A DNA stretch of 64,000 nt from Alphaproteobacteria bacterium (lineage in GTDB: Bacteria > Pseudomonadota > Alphaproteobacteria > UBA828): assembly GCA_963667785.2 (NCBI GenBank), contig CAXXMU010000001.1, forward strand, positions 32,001 through 96,000. Direction: 5' to 3'. This document shows, in pieces, positions 54,434 to 63,752 of this stretch (position 1 is the stretch's first letter; every line of letters begins with the position of its first letter). A model generated the notes under the pieces. The model searched no databases, had not been told where the DNA came from, and saw only the letters and a program-made list of their open reading frames with translations. Position numbers and translations under genes: made by a program.

Positions 54434-56367
54434 TGGGCCGCCTCCCGTCCCGCGATAGAAACGAAATTGCTGTGGAAGGTGGAATTCCCGCCGAGATCGG
54501 CCGGGGCATCGGGGGTTGTCGCGTTCGCGTTTGCTCCCCAGCGGACCATATAGCTCACCAGCAGGCCGGGCTGAACGCGCTCGCTCAGTCGCGCGATGAG
54601 GTTTACCGTGCCGCGTTCGTTCCAGAGCATCACCGCATCCCCGTCCGCAATTCCTTCGCTCACGGCGTCTTCGGGATGAATAAACACGGCCGGCTCCTTC
54701 ACCGCTGCAAATTTGCGGGCAACATTGAACACCTGGCTTGCCTGCAAATGTTGAGTCTTCGGCGTGATGAGACGATAGGGATGTCCGCTGTCCGACGCGG
54801 CCGCGGAATACGCAGGAACGACGAGCTCCAATTTGCCGCTCGCCGTCGGGAAGCGGCCGTCATCGAAGTTGGTGCGTCGGCTATTCGTGCACAGTACCGG
54901 CCCCTCCTGCAGGTCCTCGAAGCGAAGCCCGGTTTCTGCAATGAGCGCGCGAATGACCTCCTCCTCGGTCTCGCGGAAGCACGGCTCCGTGTATCCCATA
55001 TGGCGCGCGATCTCGCGAAACACCCAGTAGTTGGAACGCGATTCGCCAACCGGCTCGATCGCCGGATTGTTGATCTGTGCGTAGTCGTGCCAGTACGAAC
55101 GATGGAGATCGATCTGCTCTGCGTAGGAGCAGGCCGGCAATACGACGTTCGCCCGCTCGGCCGTGTCCGTCATGAAGCTGTCATGCACGACAACGAACAG
55201 GTCTTCGCGCGCCAGACCCTGCCAGACAAGCGCCTGATTGGGTGAGGTCGCGGCAGCGTTCGAATTGTACACATAGAGAGCCTTGATCGCGTCGTCCGCG
55301 GTCAGGGCTTTGCCCAGCGTGACCATGTTGTAGAGGCGTGGGCCTTGGGTTCTCAGTGAGCTGTGACTGATGTCGTTGAAATTCCAGTCGTAATTGGCAT
55401 AGAGAGCGCCGCCGCCGGGGACGCCGACCTGCCCTGTCAAGGCGGCGAGCATGCAGATCGACGACACCATCTCGCCGCCATTCAGATTGCGCTGAAGGCC
55501 AACCCCGATGTGAATCAATCCTGGCCGGTTCTTGGCGTAGAGCTCGGCGAATGCGGTTATCTGCGCATGCGGGACGCCGGTGATGCGGGCTGCATCGTCC
55601 AGCGACACCGACAGGACTTTCTCGCGCAACGCGTCGAATCCGTTTGTCTTCTCCGCAAGGAATTCCCTGTCGATCCAGTCGCGCTCGATCAGGACCCGCA
55701 TGACCGCCATGGCGAGCATGGAATCGGTCGACGGTCTTGGTTGGATGTGCATGTCCGCGACCTGAGCGGAATCCGAGCGGTAGGGGTCGATCACGACGGT
55801 GGGGTGTATGTCCTTCGTCAGAACGTGGCCGTGGACGTTGGTCGCCTTGGGATTCTTGCCCCAGACCACGTAGCAGCGAGTCTTGTCCAAATGAAATGTT
55901 TCAGTGCCGAGCACGGTGCCGAAGATCCTAAGCACCGCCTCGACACCGGCCATGGCGCAGATTTCGGTGCCGACCCGGCTGGTGTTCATCCTGTTCCATA
56001 GCCGGTCGGCAAGGCGATTCGAGACCATGCCCATGTGGCCGAGATAGTGGTACGGCAGAATGGCCTCGCCACCGGATACCTCGATGATGTCGGAAAACCG
56101 GCGGGCTATCGCGCCGAGGGCTTCGTCCCAGCTTGCACGGCGAAAGGGGTCGGACTTGTGCTCCCGCACGAGCGGAAACAGAAGCCTGTCGGGATGGTGA
56201 ACGAGCTCTTCGTAGTGCTGGTAGCGCCCGCACAGAAACCCCTGGGTAATGGGATGTTCGGGATCGCCCTTCACCTCCACGACCTTCCCGTCGCTTACCC
56301 GGGTGAGCATGCTGCACGTGTCGGGGCAGTCTTTCGGACAGACGGACTTGACGGTTCTCGTTGCCAT
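54418..56367 (-). CDS. Molybdopterin-dependent oxidoreductase (DMSO reductase family, cytoplasmic)
   Basis: CPKDCPDTC..C Fe-S motif, WGKNP, PRPSTD, DSFMTDTA..A.VVLPA, IHPEDA; lower GC than flanks. Confidence 0.9.
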   Translation of the reverse strand: MATRTVKSVCPKDCPDTCSMLTRVSDGKVVEVKGDPEHPITQGFLCGRYQHYEELVHHPDRLLFPLVREHKSDPFRRASWDEALGAIARRFSDIIEVSGGEAILPYHYLGHMGMVSNRLADRLWNRMNTSRVGTEICAMAGVEAVLRIFGTVLGTETFHLDKTRCYVVWGKNPKATNVHGHVLTKDIHPTVVIDPYRSDSAQVADMHIQPRPSTDSMLAMAVMRVLIERDWIDREFLAEKTNGFDALREKVLSVSLDDAARITGVPHAQITAFAELYAKNRPGLIHIGVGLQRNLNGGEMVSSICMLAALTGQVGVPGGGALYANYDWNFNDISHSSLRTQGPRLYNMVTLGKALTADDAIKALYVYNSNAAATSPNQALVWQGLAREDLFVVVHDSFMTDTAERANVVLPACSYAEQIDLHRSYWHDYAQINNPAIEPVGESRSNYWVFREIARHMGYTEPCFRETEEEVIRALIAETGLRFEDLQEGPVLCTNSRRTNFDDGRFPTASGKLELVVPAYSAAASDSGHPYRLITPKTQHLQASQVFNVARKFAAVKEPAVFIHPEDAVSEGIADGDAVMLWNERGTVNLIARLSERVQPGLLVSYMVRWGANANATTPDAPADLGGNSTFHSNFVSIAGREAAQTPGA

Positions 56368-56399
56368 GCCCGCTCCTGCGCGCAGCCGGCGCCGGCCTG

Positions 56400-58118
56400 T
56401 CACCACCCCAGCGCGCGGCTCATGCGCCGGGGGTCGGCGGCGCCCTCGATGGCGCCCGTCTCGAGGTCCTTGCGCACCGCGCAGACCCCGCCGGTCCAGT
56501 GCGACCAGTCACCCAAGCGCTCGATGCGGTGTCCGCGCGCGGCGAGCCGCTCGCCCGTCGCCTCGTCGATGCGCCCCTCGACGGTGACGAGGCCAGGATA
56601 AGCTGCGTTTGGCGCGAACGAATCCGGGTGGCTGTGGGTGACGAGACGGGGAGCCTCCACCGCATCCTGCAGCCCCATGCCGAAGACCAGGTGGCCGAGC
56701 AGCGTCTGCAGGTTCGCCTGGATCTGCGTATCGCCGCCCGGGGTGCCGAAGGGCATGATCCAGCGGCTGGGAGAGAGCGCGAAGCAGGGATTGGGTGTGA
56801 GCCGGGGCCGCTTGCCCGGCGCGATGCAGGAGGGGTGGCCCCGCACCGCCCGCGACTGCGCCCCGCGCGAGGAGACCGCGAGCCCGCAGCCGGGCACCAC
56901 CGGCGTGTCCCAGCTCGTGTCCGACGGCGTCGAGCAGAGGCCGTTCCCGTCCGCGTCGATCACGCAGACGATCGAGGTATCGGGCGGCGGCCCGAGCGGC
57001 GCCTCGCTCGCGGCGACCGGGGGAACATGCGCCTCGTGGCCCGGAATCCTGCCGGGAAGGGGCATTCCGGGCGACGCCTTGTGCGGGTCGATCGCCCTGC
57101 TGCGCTCCGCCGCGTAGGGTCGGCCGAGGAGCGTATCGAGGGGGACGTCCACGAAGTCCGGGTCGCCGAGATAGCCTTCCCTGTCGGCGAAGGTGAGCTT
57201 GAGGGTCTCCGCGATCGTGTGGAGATACGCGTCCGAGCCGTGCTCCTGCGCCACCACGCCGGCCGTCTCGGCGATGGAGAGCGCTTCCAGCAGGAAGGGG
57301 CCCTGGCACCAGGCGCCGCAGGTGTGGATCTCCACCTCCTCGCCACCGAGCCGGAAGCGCCGCGAGACCGAGGGCACGACCTGGCAGCGGAACGAGGCGA
57401 GGTCGTCGGCCGCGAGCAGCCCGTCCTCCGCCTTCTGGTGCGCGAGGATGTGGCTCGCGATATCGCCCCGGTAGAACGCACGGCGCACCGCGGCGAGGCC
57501 GGCCATGCGATCGTCGCCCGCCGCGCGCTCCTCGTCGCAGAGGAATTGCAGGACCCGGCCGAGATCGCTCTGGACCAGCCGCTCGCCCGGCTGCGGCACG
57601 GTGCCGCCGGGCATCCAGATGGCGACGTTCTCCGGCCAGTGCCGGAAGTCGTCGGCGTACTTCTGCACGTAGTCGAGCATGACCGGGTGACGGGGGAAGC
57701 CCTCGCAGGCGTAGCGCACCGCGCGTGCCGCCACGTCGCGGAAGGCCATCGTGCCCCATCGCTCCAGGGCCTGGATGCAGGCGTCGGGAGCGGCCGGCAC
57801 CACGGTACGCCGCACCCCGAGCGGGATCTCGCCCCCATGGCGCTGGATGAAGGCTTCGGCGTCGAGCGCCTGCGGCCAGCCGCCGACGCCCGCGATGGTG
57901 ACTACCTCGCCGGTCTCCGCGAGGCGGACGATCATGGGCGCGACCCCGGCGACGCTCACCTGGTCGCTGTAGACCACGCCGAGGGTCAGGATCGCGGCGA
58001 CGCCGGCGTCGATCGCGTTGCCGCCGTTCTCCAGAGCTTCGAACGCGGCCAGCGTCGCGAGCTCATGGCCCGCGCTGACGACATGGTGATGACCACGGGC
58101 GACGGGCACGACGGACAT
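56400..58118 (-). CDS. ggt: Gamma-glutamyltransferase family protein
   Basis: GGNAIDAGVA, ADRE..LGDP, nucleophile DTS, PGKRPRLT, GTPGGD, GAADPRR. Confidence 0.9.
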   Translation of the reverse strand: MSVVPVARGHHHVVSAGHELATLAAFEALENGGNAIDAGVAAILTLGVVYSDQVSVAGVAPMIVRLAETGEVVTIAGVGGWPQALDAEAFIQRHGGEIPLGVRRTVVPAAPDACIQALERWGTMAFRDVAARAVRYACEGFPRHPVMLDYVQKYADDFRHWPENVAIWMPGGTVPQPGERLVQSDLGRVLQFLCDEERAAGDDRMAGLAAVRRAFYRGDIASHILAHQKAEDGLLAADDLASFRCQVVPSVSRRFRLGGEEVEIHTCGAWCQGPFLLEALSIAETAGVVAQEHGSDAYLHTIAETLKLTFADREGYLGDPDFVDVPLDTLLGRPYAAERSRAIDPHKASPGMPLPGRIPGHEAHVPPVAASEAPLGPPPDTSIVCVIDADGNGLCSTPSDTSWDTPVVPGCGLAVSSRGAQSRAVRGHPSCIAPGKRPRLTPNPCFALSPSRWIMPFGTPGGDTQIQANLQTLLGHLVFGMGLQDAVEAPRLVTHSHPDSFAPNAAYPGLVTVEGRIDEATGERLAARGHRIERLGDWSHWTGGVCAVRKDLETGAIEGAADPRRMSRALGW

Positions 58119-58214
58119 GGCAGCCTGCCAGCGGGTTGGGGACCGGAAGAGTATAGACTGTAATGCAACGCCGACGCTTCACCCGCCCATGAACCTCACG
58201 GGGGCCATGAACCC

Positions 58215-58979
58215 ATGCAACCTGTCTGTCTCGTCATCGGTGCCGGTGCCGGCATCGGGAGCCATGTCGGAAGGCGCTTCGCCCGCGAGGGGTACCACGC
58301 GGTCCTCTGCCGGCGTACGGACGAAGACGGCCTGACGCGGACGGTCGAGAGCATCGAGGCAGACGGCGGTGCCGCCTCGGGCTTCCTCCTGGATGCCGTG
58401 GCGCCCGGCGCCATCGAGGAGCGGATCGCCGCGGTCGAGGCGGAGATCGGTCCGATCGAGGTGGTGGTCTACAATCTGGGCGCGCAGATCGGCGACCGGG
58501 CGCTCGCCGAGACCAGCCTCAAGGTGTTCGAGCTGGGCTGGCGGCTCGCGACCTTCGGCCTGTTCCGGACGGCCGCCGCGGTCTGTCCCCTGATGGAGAG
58601 GCGGAGCCGGGGCGCGATCCTCGTGACCTCGTCGACCGCAGCCGTGCGCGGCAACAAGGGGCAGCACTCGCATGCGGCCGCCATGGCGGGGCGGCGCATG
58701 CTCTGCCAGAGCCTCAACGCGGAGTTCGCGCCCAAGGGCATCCACGTCGCCCACATCATCGTCGACGGCATGGTCGATGCGCCCGATACGCTCGGCAGGA
58801 TGCTGGGCGAGGATGCCTTCCAGAGGCTCCGGGAAGAGCGGGGGCTGGAGCATGACGGGCTGCTGCTTCCCGCCAGGATCGCCGATACCTATTTCCACAT
58901 TGCCCGGCAGCACCGGTCCACGTGGTCGTTCGAGATCGATCTGCGGCCGTTCTCCGACACGCCCTGGTGGAACCGCTGA
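58215..58979 (+). CDS. Atypical SDR oxidoreductase
   Basis: IGAGAGIG, VVYNLGA, GIHVAHIIVDG, WSFEIDLRP. Confidence 0.88.
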   Translation: MQPVCLVIGAGAGIGSHVGRRFAREGYHAVLCRRTDEDGLTRTVESIEADGGAASGFLLDAVAPGAIEERIAAVEAEIGPIEVVVYNLGAQIGDRALAETSLKVFELGWRLATFGLFRTAAAVCPLMERRSRGAILVTSSTAAVRGNKGQHSHAAAMAGRRMLCQSLNAEFAPKGIHVAHIIVDGMVDAPDTLGRMLGEDAFQRLREERGLEHDGLLLPARIADTYFHIARQHRSTWSFEIDLRPFSDTPWWNR

Positions 58980-59044
58980 GGCGTCGTCGCGCCGGCAGGC
59001 GCGCCAAAAAGAGCTGGAGCGCGTCCGTCAAAGACGGACCCGCC

Positions 59045-59866
59045 CTAGTGCGACATCAGGACCGGCACGGTCATCTGGCGCAGGATGTCCCGGGTCACGC
59101 CTCCCAGCAGCAGCTCGCGCATGCGGTGATGGCCGTAGCCCCCCATGACGAGAAGGCCGGCGCCGTGATCGCTGATCTCCGACAGGAGGATATCGCCGGC
59201 GTGGATATCCGACGAGGTCGTCGCGTGCCGGGCCTCCGTGCGCACGCCGTGACGCGCGAGATGGGCGCTCACTTCGGCGCCCGGTATGTGCTTGCCGTCG
59301 CCGGTATCGATGCCGAGGACGATCACGTTGTCCGCCTGCTTCAGCAGGGGCAGGGCGTCGGTGAGCGCCCGCTTCGCCTCGCGGGTGCCGTTCCAGGCGA
59401 CCATGATCGTCGCCGCGTTCGCGCTGAACGTGCCGGCGTAGGGCCAGACCAGCACGGGGCCGCCTGCGCCGAGCACCACGCTGTCGGCCAGCGCGCCGAC
59501 GCTGTATCCGTCGTCGGGGTCCGCCTGGCCGACGATGGTGATGTCGGCGTAGTGCGCGTTCGTCGAGACGACGTCGACCGGCTCGCCCGTCATGAGCCGC
59601 CATTCGGAGGGAGCGGCCGACTTGGCCATCCGTGCGGCGAACCCCCGGTCGGCCTCCTCGGCATGGGCGCGCTGCTCCGTGTCCAGCCGCTTGTAGACCT
59701 CGGGCGAGAGCTCGAAGCTGGCATAGCCGGTCATCGCGAGACGCGGCAGCACGTAGAGGCCGGTGACCTTGCCCTCGTGGCGTTCGGCCAGCTCGACCGC
59801 GGCATCGAGCCGTGCGGACGAGCGCGCGTCCGGGGCCAGATGCACGACGATATCCTTGTATGCCAT
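59045..59866 (-). CDS. Universal stress protein (tandem USP)
   Basis: YKDIVVHL, VAWNGTREA.RA, LLVMGGYGH.R.RE..LGGVT, VPVLMSH. Confidence 0.92.
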   Translation of the reverse strand: MAYKDIVVHLAPDARSSARLDAAVELAERHEGKVTGLYVLPRLAMTGYASFELSPEVYKRLDTEQRAHAEEADRGFAARMAKSAAPSEWRLMTGEPVDVVSTNAHYADITIVGQADPDDGYSVGALADSVVLGAGGPVLVWPYAGTFSANAATIMVAWNGTREAKRALTDALPLLKQADNVIVLGIDTGDGKHIPGAEVSAHLARHGVRTEARHATTSSDIHAGDILLSEISDHGAGLLVMGGYGHHRMRELLLGGVTRDILRQMTVPVLMSH

Positions 59867-59950
59867 GGTCGGGTTTCCTTGTCCGTAGCGTCCGGGATCG
59901 CGGCTCGGACGCAGCATCCCGGCGAGACTATCCGAGCGGATGCGGCGGGC

Positions 59951-59968
59951 GCATGACATGTGTCATGC
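59951..59968. promoter_or_regulatory. Palindrome resembling an FNR/FixK box upstream of usp
   Basis: GCATGACA-TG-TGTCATGC perfect inverted repeat; core TGAC-N4-GTCA centred about 93 bp upstream of the usp ATG. Confidence 0.45.
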
Positions 59969-59970
59969 CG

Positions 59971-60873
59971 TCAGCACGGGCGCGCCGTCCAGTCGAGGTG
60001 CGCCGGCAGGACCGGCGGGGTGTCCGAGGACGAGCAGGCGCCCTCGATCTGCATGTCCGAGAGGTTGTACGCGAGGCTGAGCCGGGTGCCGCCGAGGTCC
60101 GAGCCGTCGAACACCGCCCCCTGAAGCTCCGTCTCGCTGAAGTTGGCGCCGGAGAGGTCCGCCCCGGCGAAATTGGAGTAGGCGCCGTTGGCCGAGGTGA
60201 TGAGCGCGCCCGCGAGGCGCGCGTTCGCAAAACTGGCGACGAGCAGTTCCGCCCCGTCCAGATTGGCGTTTTCCATGTACGCGTCCTCGAAGACGGCGCC
60301 GACCAGATCGGCGCCTGCGAGGTTGGCCTCGCAGAGATCCGCGCCCCTGAGGTCCGCGCGGATGAAGACCGCCCCGCCGAGGTCGGCGCCGCGCAGGTCG
60401 GCCCCGCCGAGATCCGCTTCGATGAAGACCGCGCCGCTCAGATCGGCCCGCCTGAAGTTCGCGCCGGCCAGATCGGCGCCCCGCAGGTCCGCACCGCTCA
60501 GGTCGATCTCCGTCATCGCCACGCCGTCGCGGGCCAGCGCCTCCACGCTGGGTTTCAGCGCTCTCGACCCCTTCCCCTCCGGCAGTGCGTGGGTGCGTGC
60601 GATCAACGCAAACAGGGTCGCCTCGCGGACGCCGCGGTCGATCTGCCGCTTCTCGATATCCATGGTCACGCCGTAGAGGCCGAGCCCGAACAGCGTGACG
60701 GCGGAGAACTGCAAAAGGAACCGGAAGGAGGCGACGTAGCCGAACAGGTAGTAGAACCAGCGCGTCGCGTATTCGAATACCGCGAAGAGATCGACGAAGA
60801 TCGTTTCGAGAAAGGTCCCCTTGTGCCACTCGCGCGGCCAGCGGGGTTTTGCGTCGCCGATGTGCGTAGGCAT
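59971..60873 (-). CDS. Membrane-anchored pentapeptide repeat protein
   Basis: Hydrophobic N-terminus, then more than 25 A(D/N)LXX-type pentapeptides. Confidence 0.85.
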   Translation of the reverse strand: MPTHIGDAKPRWPREWHKGTFLETIFVDLFAVFEYATRWFYYLFGYVASFRFLLQFSAVTLFGLGLYGVTMDIEKRQIDRGVREATLFALIARTHALPEGKGSRALKPSVEALARDGVAMTEIDLSGADLRGADLAGANFRRADLSGAVFIEADLGGADLRGADLGGAVFIRADLRGADLCEANLAGADLVGAVFEDAYMENANLDGAELLVASFANARLAGALITSANGAYSNFAGADLSGANFSETELQGAVFDGSDLGGTRLSLAYNLSDMQIEGACSSSDTPPVLPAHLDWTARPC

Positions 60874-61313
60874 CGGATGCCTCGCGCGTGCCCAATATAT
60901 GAAGACGTGGGTATGTGACGCGCTGCATCAACGGGCGGAACGCCCCGCGCATGGCTGAAATTAACTTATGGAAACCCGAAGATACGCTGCGGCGTGCCGC
61001 CGCCGCGGTGCTGCCGCCCGCGAGCGCATCCATGCCCGTGGCGCATCGTGACGAAGCGACGTTCATCAGGACTCGCATGCCAGATGACGCATTTGCCCAC
61101 AGATGAAGGATAAATTCACGCGGATGCGGTGATCCGCGGGGACACGAGCAACATATAGGTACAGATAGTGAAATGATTGAAGGCAGTTTTGGGTACAACG
61201 TCTTCTACACTATGAACAGACTTTCGATTTATAGACTCATATATTTGTCTATTAAATCATATTAGTTTTGAGAAAATAGATTATACTACGACACCGCAAG
61301 AGGGAGACTTGCG

Positions 61314-62477
61314 ATGCGCGATCGGATCCCTAACCGCCGCTTGCGAGACCGGCTCCCCCGTCCCCTGCCCATCCTGGCTACCGCACTGGCGTTGATGCTC
61401 GCGCTCGGGTCGCTTCCGACCCAGGCGGACGAGCAGGCCGCCGTGCCCAGGGACTGGGGTATCGGCATGTTCGGGGTCGAGAACTGCGTCGGCACCCTCC
61501 AGTACGTGCAGGACGACGTCACCCCGGCCACCGACTGCGCCATCGAGCAGGTGTTCTCGAGGCTCGCCGACAGCGCGCTGCAGCTCGTCGAGCGCCACGG
61601 CAAGGCGCAGTTCGGCGAGCACTTCCATATCGACCGCCGGCTCGGGCTCACCGCGTCGACCGGCACGCTGAGCGCCGACCTGGACGTGATCCTGCCGCTG
61701 AGTGCGCTCTCCTCGGTCGAGGGCGATGTAACGATGCGCTCCTTCTTCGTCCAGAACGGGGTGACGCGGTGGCGCGATGCGCGCGGCTTCCAGCGCAGCG
61801 ACGTGCGCCTCGGCGCGGTGCACCGCCATGCGCTCTTCGAGGAGCCGGGCGACGGGGTCATCGGCGCCTCGATGTTCGTGCAGGAGAACCTCGAGCGGGG
61901 CCACGCGCGGCTGGTGACCGGACTGGAGTATCTGGACCGCTGGGGCCAGGGCTCGCTCACCTACTACATGCCGACGACCGACTGGCGGCCCGGGCACTAT
62001 GGCTACGAGGAGCGGGCGATCGCGGGCGCGGAGCTCGCCTACAGCGCGGACCTGACCACGACCGTCCACCTGCGCGCCGCCGCCGGCCGCTGGGAGAGCC
62101 GGGACGGCTCCGGCGCATGGGCGGAGCGGGCGCGCCTCGGCCTCGGCTGGCAGCCGCATCCGTGGTTCGAGGTGCAGGGCGGCTGGGACGACGTGGGGGC
62201 GGGCGACGATTCGGTTGCGCTGCACGCATCTGTCTCGATCCCGCTGGGCGTCCTCGACCGCTCGGACCTGCGCTGGGAGGGCCTCGGCCGCCGCGACCCG
62301 GCGTCCCGCGAGGCCGAGGACGGCACCATCTGGCAATCGGTCGACCACGTGGGGCAGATCGAGGTCGTGGAACGTAGAAGTTCTTCGTTGTCGGGAACTG
62401 CAGACAATGCGGAGGGAAGAATACCTATCCCGCCATACTTGCCGGGGATATGGAAGCGCAACCAAGACGACGTTTGA
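61314..62477 (+). CDS. Inverse-autotransporter (intimin/invasin-like) beta-barrel protein lacking a passenger
   Basis: Signal peptide; DVILPL, GHARLVTGLEY, YYMPTTDW, YEERAIAG, QPHPW, linker-like VDHVGQIEVVER. Confidence 0.7.
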   Translation: MRDRIPNRRLRDRLPRPLPILATALALMLALGSLPTQADEQAAVPRDWGIGMFGVENCVGTLQYVQDDVTPATDCAIEQVFSRLADSALQLVERHGKAQFGEHFHIDRRLGLTASTGTLSADLDVILPLSALSSVEGDVTMRSFFVQNGVTRWRDARGFQRSDVRLGAVHRHALFEEPGDGVIGASMFVQENLERGHARLVTGLEYLDRWGQGSLTYYMPTTDWRPGHYGYEERAIAGAELAYSADLTTTVHLRAAAGRWESRDGSGAWAERARLGLGWQPHPWFEVQGGWDDVGAGDDSVALHASVSIPLGVLDRSDLRWEGLGRRDPASREAEDGTIWQSVDHVGQIEVVERRSSSLSGTADNAEGRIPIPPYLPGIWKRNQDDV

Positions 62478-62505
62478 GCCGCCTCGAAAAAGGGAGGTGA
62501 CATTG

Positions 62506-63105
62506 GTGGTCAGGAAACTTTCCCCCATAGTAGCAACCGTGCTGGGTGCGCTTGTTGTTGCTCAAGTGCTTTCGGGTTGCGGCGGAAACGGCGAAGAGCC
62601 TCTTGAAATAAACGGACCGAAAAAAAAGAATATAGTTTGGGGCGGAGCCGCTTATAGTGTTCCCGATTCAGTGCCGTATGGCGATCCTTACGTTTGTCTG
62701 CAAAATGCATACGTCGTTCGCTTGGCAGAAGGCGAGGCCCCTAATGAGCTCGCTGGCATTCGGGCAAACGAGGCATGCCGCAACTTACTAACCGACCCGT
62801 TTCTCGGTTGTCGCATAGACGGCATCCGCTCTGGCAGTCATTGGGGTTACGGCAGCGATCAATATCAGGTGCCGACCAATGACTATTATCGGTTCCGTCG
62901 GACTAACCCGCCCGACCCAACGGACAGGCCCTGTATTGCGTACGCCGAGGCGAGGCATAATACCGACCACTATTGCGAATCCGCCAGCGCAATTTCAACG
63001 TCGATTAGTGGTGCAAGCGCTAGCGCTCTCTCTAGGTGTCGCTATATCGTGAATGGTACCCGGCCCTGTACCGTCAAGTATACCTACTGCATACCGGATT
63101 TTTGA
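62506..63105 (+). CDS. Cys-rich lipoprotein, DUF4189-like C-terminal domain
   Basis: GGAGG RBS, lipobox VLSG-C, C-terminal CIAYA...A...ALSRC......C......C pattern; low GC. Confidence 0.6.
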   Translation: MVRKLSPIVATVLGALVVAQVLSGCGGNGEEPLEINGPKKKNIVWGGAAYSVPDSVPYGDPYVCLQNAYVVRLAEGEAPNELAGIRANEACRNLLTDPFLGCRIDGIRSGSHWGYGSDQYQVPTNDYYRFRRTNPPDPTDRPCIAYAEARHNTDHYCESASAISTSISGASASALSRCRYIVNGTRPCTVKYTYCIPDF

Positions 63106-63232
63106 GTATTGGTACATTCTAATAGAGATACGCTCGAAAGTGCGGCCGGGATGAGTTGAAGCATACGGTGCGCCCATTCTGGCATCGGCCGGAGAACTGC
63201 ACAGTTGCGGCCAGAAGAGCACTTCGCCCCGG

Positions 63233-63697
63233 CTACCCCGACCCGTTGCGCGAGGGAACCTGGGTCAGTGCCCGGCCGGAGAGCACGGTGCGCTCGCCCA
63301 CGCTGCAGGTGGTCTCGAACTCGACCCGGCAGCGCTCCGGGATAAGACGGTCCACCACCGCGCGTGCCACCACCTCGTCGCCGGGATAGACCGGCGCGGT
63401 GAAGCGCAGCGACTGAGAGAGGTAGACGCAGCCCGGCCCCGGCATGCGGGTGCCGATCACCGTCGAGATCAATGCTGCGGTGCACATGCCGTGCACGACC
63501 CGGCCCTTGAAGAGCGAGCGTTCGGCAAACTCGTCGTCGAAGTGCAGCGGGTTGGTGTCGCCGGTGAGGTCGGCGAAGAGCCGCATCGCGGAATCGCTGA
63601 TGACGCGGCTGTAATCCGCACTCATGCCGATGGTCAGATCCTCGTAGAAGTAGCCGGTCCGGGCATTGCCCGGGGCCGCTTCCGCCCGCTGCACCAT
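63233..63697 (-). CDS. MaoC/PhaJ family (R)-specific enoyl-CoA hydratase
   Basis: FADLTGDTNPLHFD, RVVHGM, GTRMPGPG..YLSQSLRF.APV. Confidence 0.9.
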   Translation of the reverse strand: MVQRAEAAPGNARTGYFYEDLTIGMSADYSRVISDSAMRLFADLTGDTNPLHFDDEFAERSLFKGRVVHGMCTAALISTVIGTRMPGPGCVYLSQSLRFTAPVYPGDEVVARAVVDRLIPERCRVEFETTCSVGERTVLSGRALTQVPSRNGSG

Positions 63698-63734
63698 GAT
63701 CGAATTCCCTCCCTCGGCGTTGCTGTGCGGCAGG

Positions 63735-63752
63735 ATTGTGCAGTGCAGCAAT
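63735..63752. promoter_or_regulatory. Candidate PhaR-type TGC-rich operator
   Basis: ATTGTGCAGTGCAGCAAT about 40 bp upstream of the maoC/phaJ-like start. Confidence 0.4.

Noticed and set aside
58186-58223. CCATG(C)AACC repeated three times at the SDR start
   Set aside because: Too short to interpret; it could be a start-side scar but cannot be supported
62620-62627. A8 run as a phase-variation tract in the lipoprotein
   Set aside because: In frame (encodes the Lys run) within a low-GC gene; no evidence of variation
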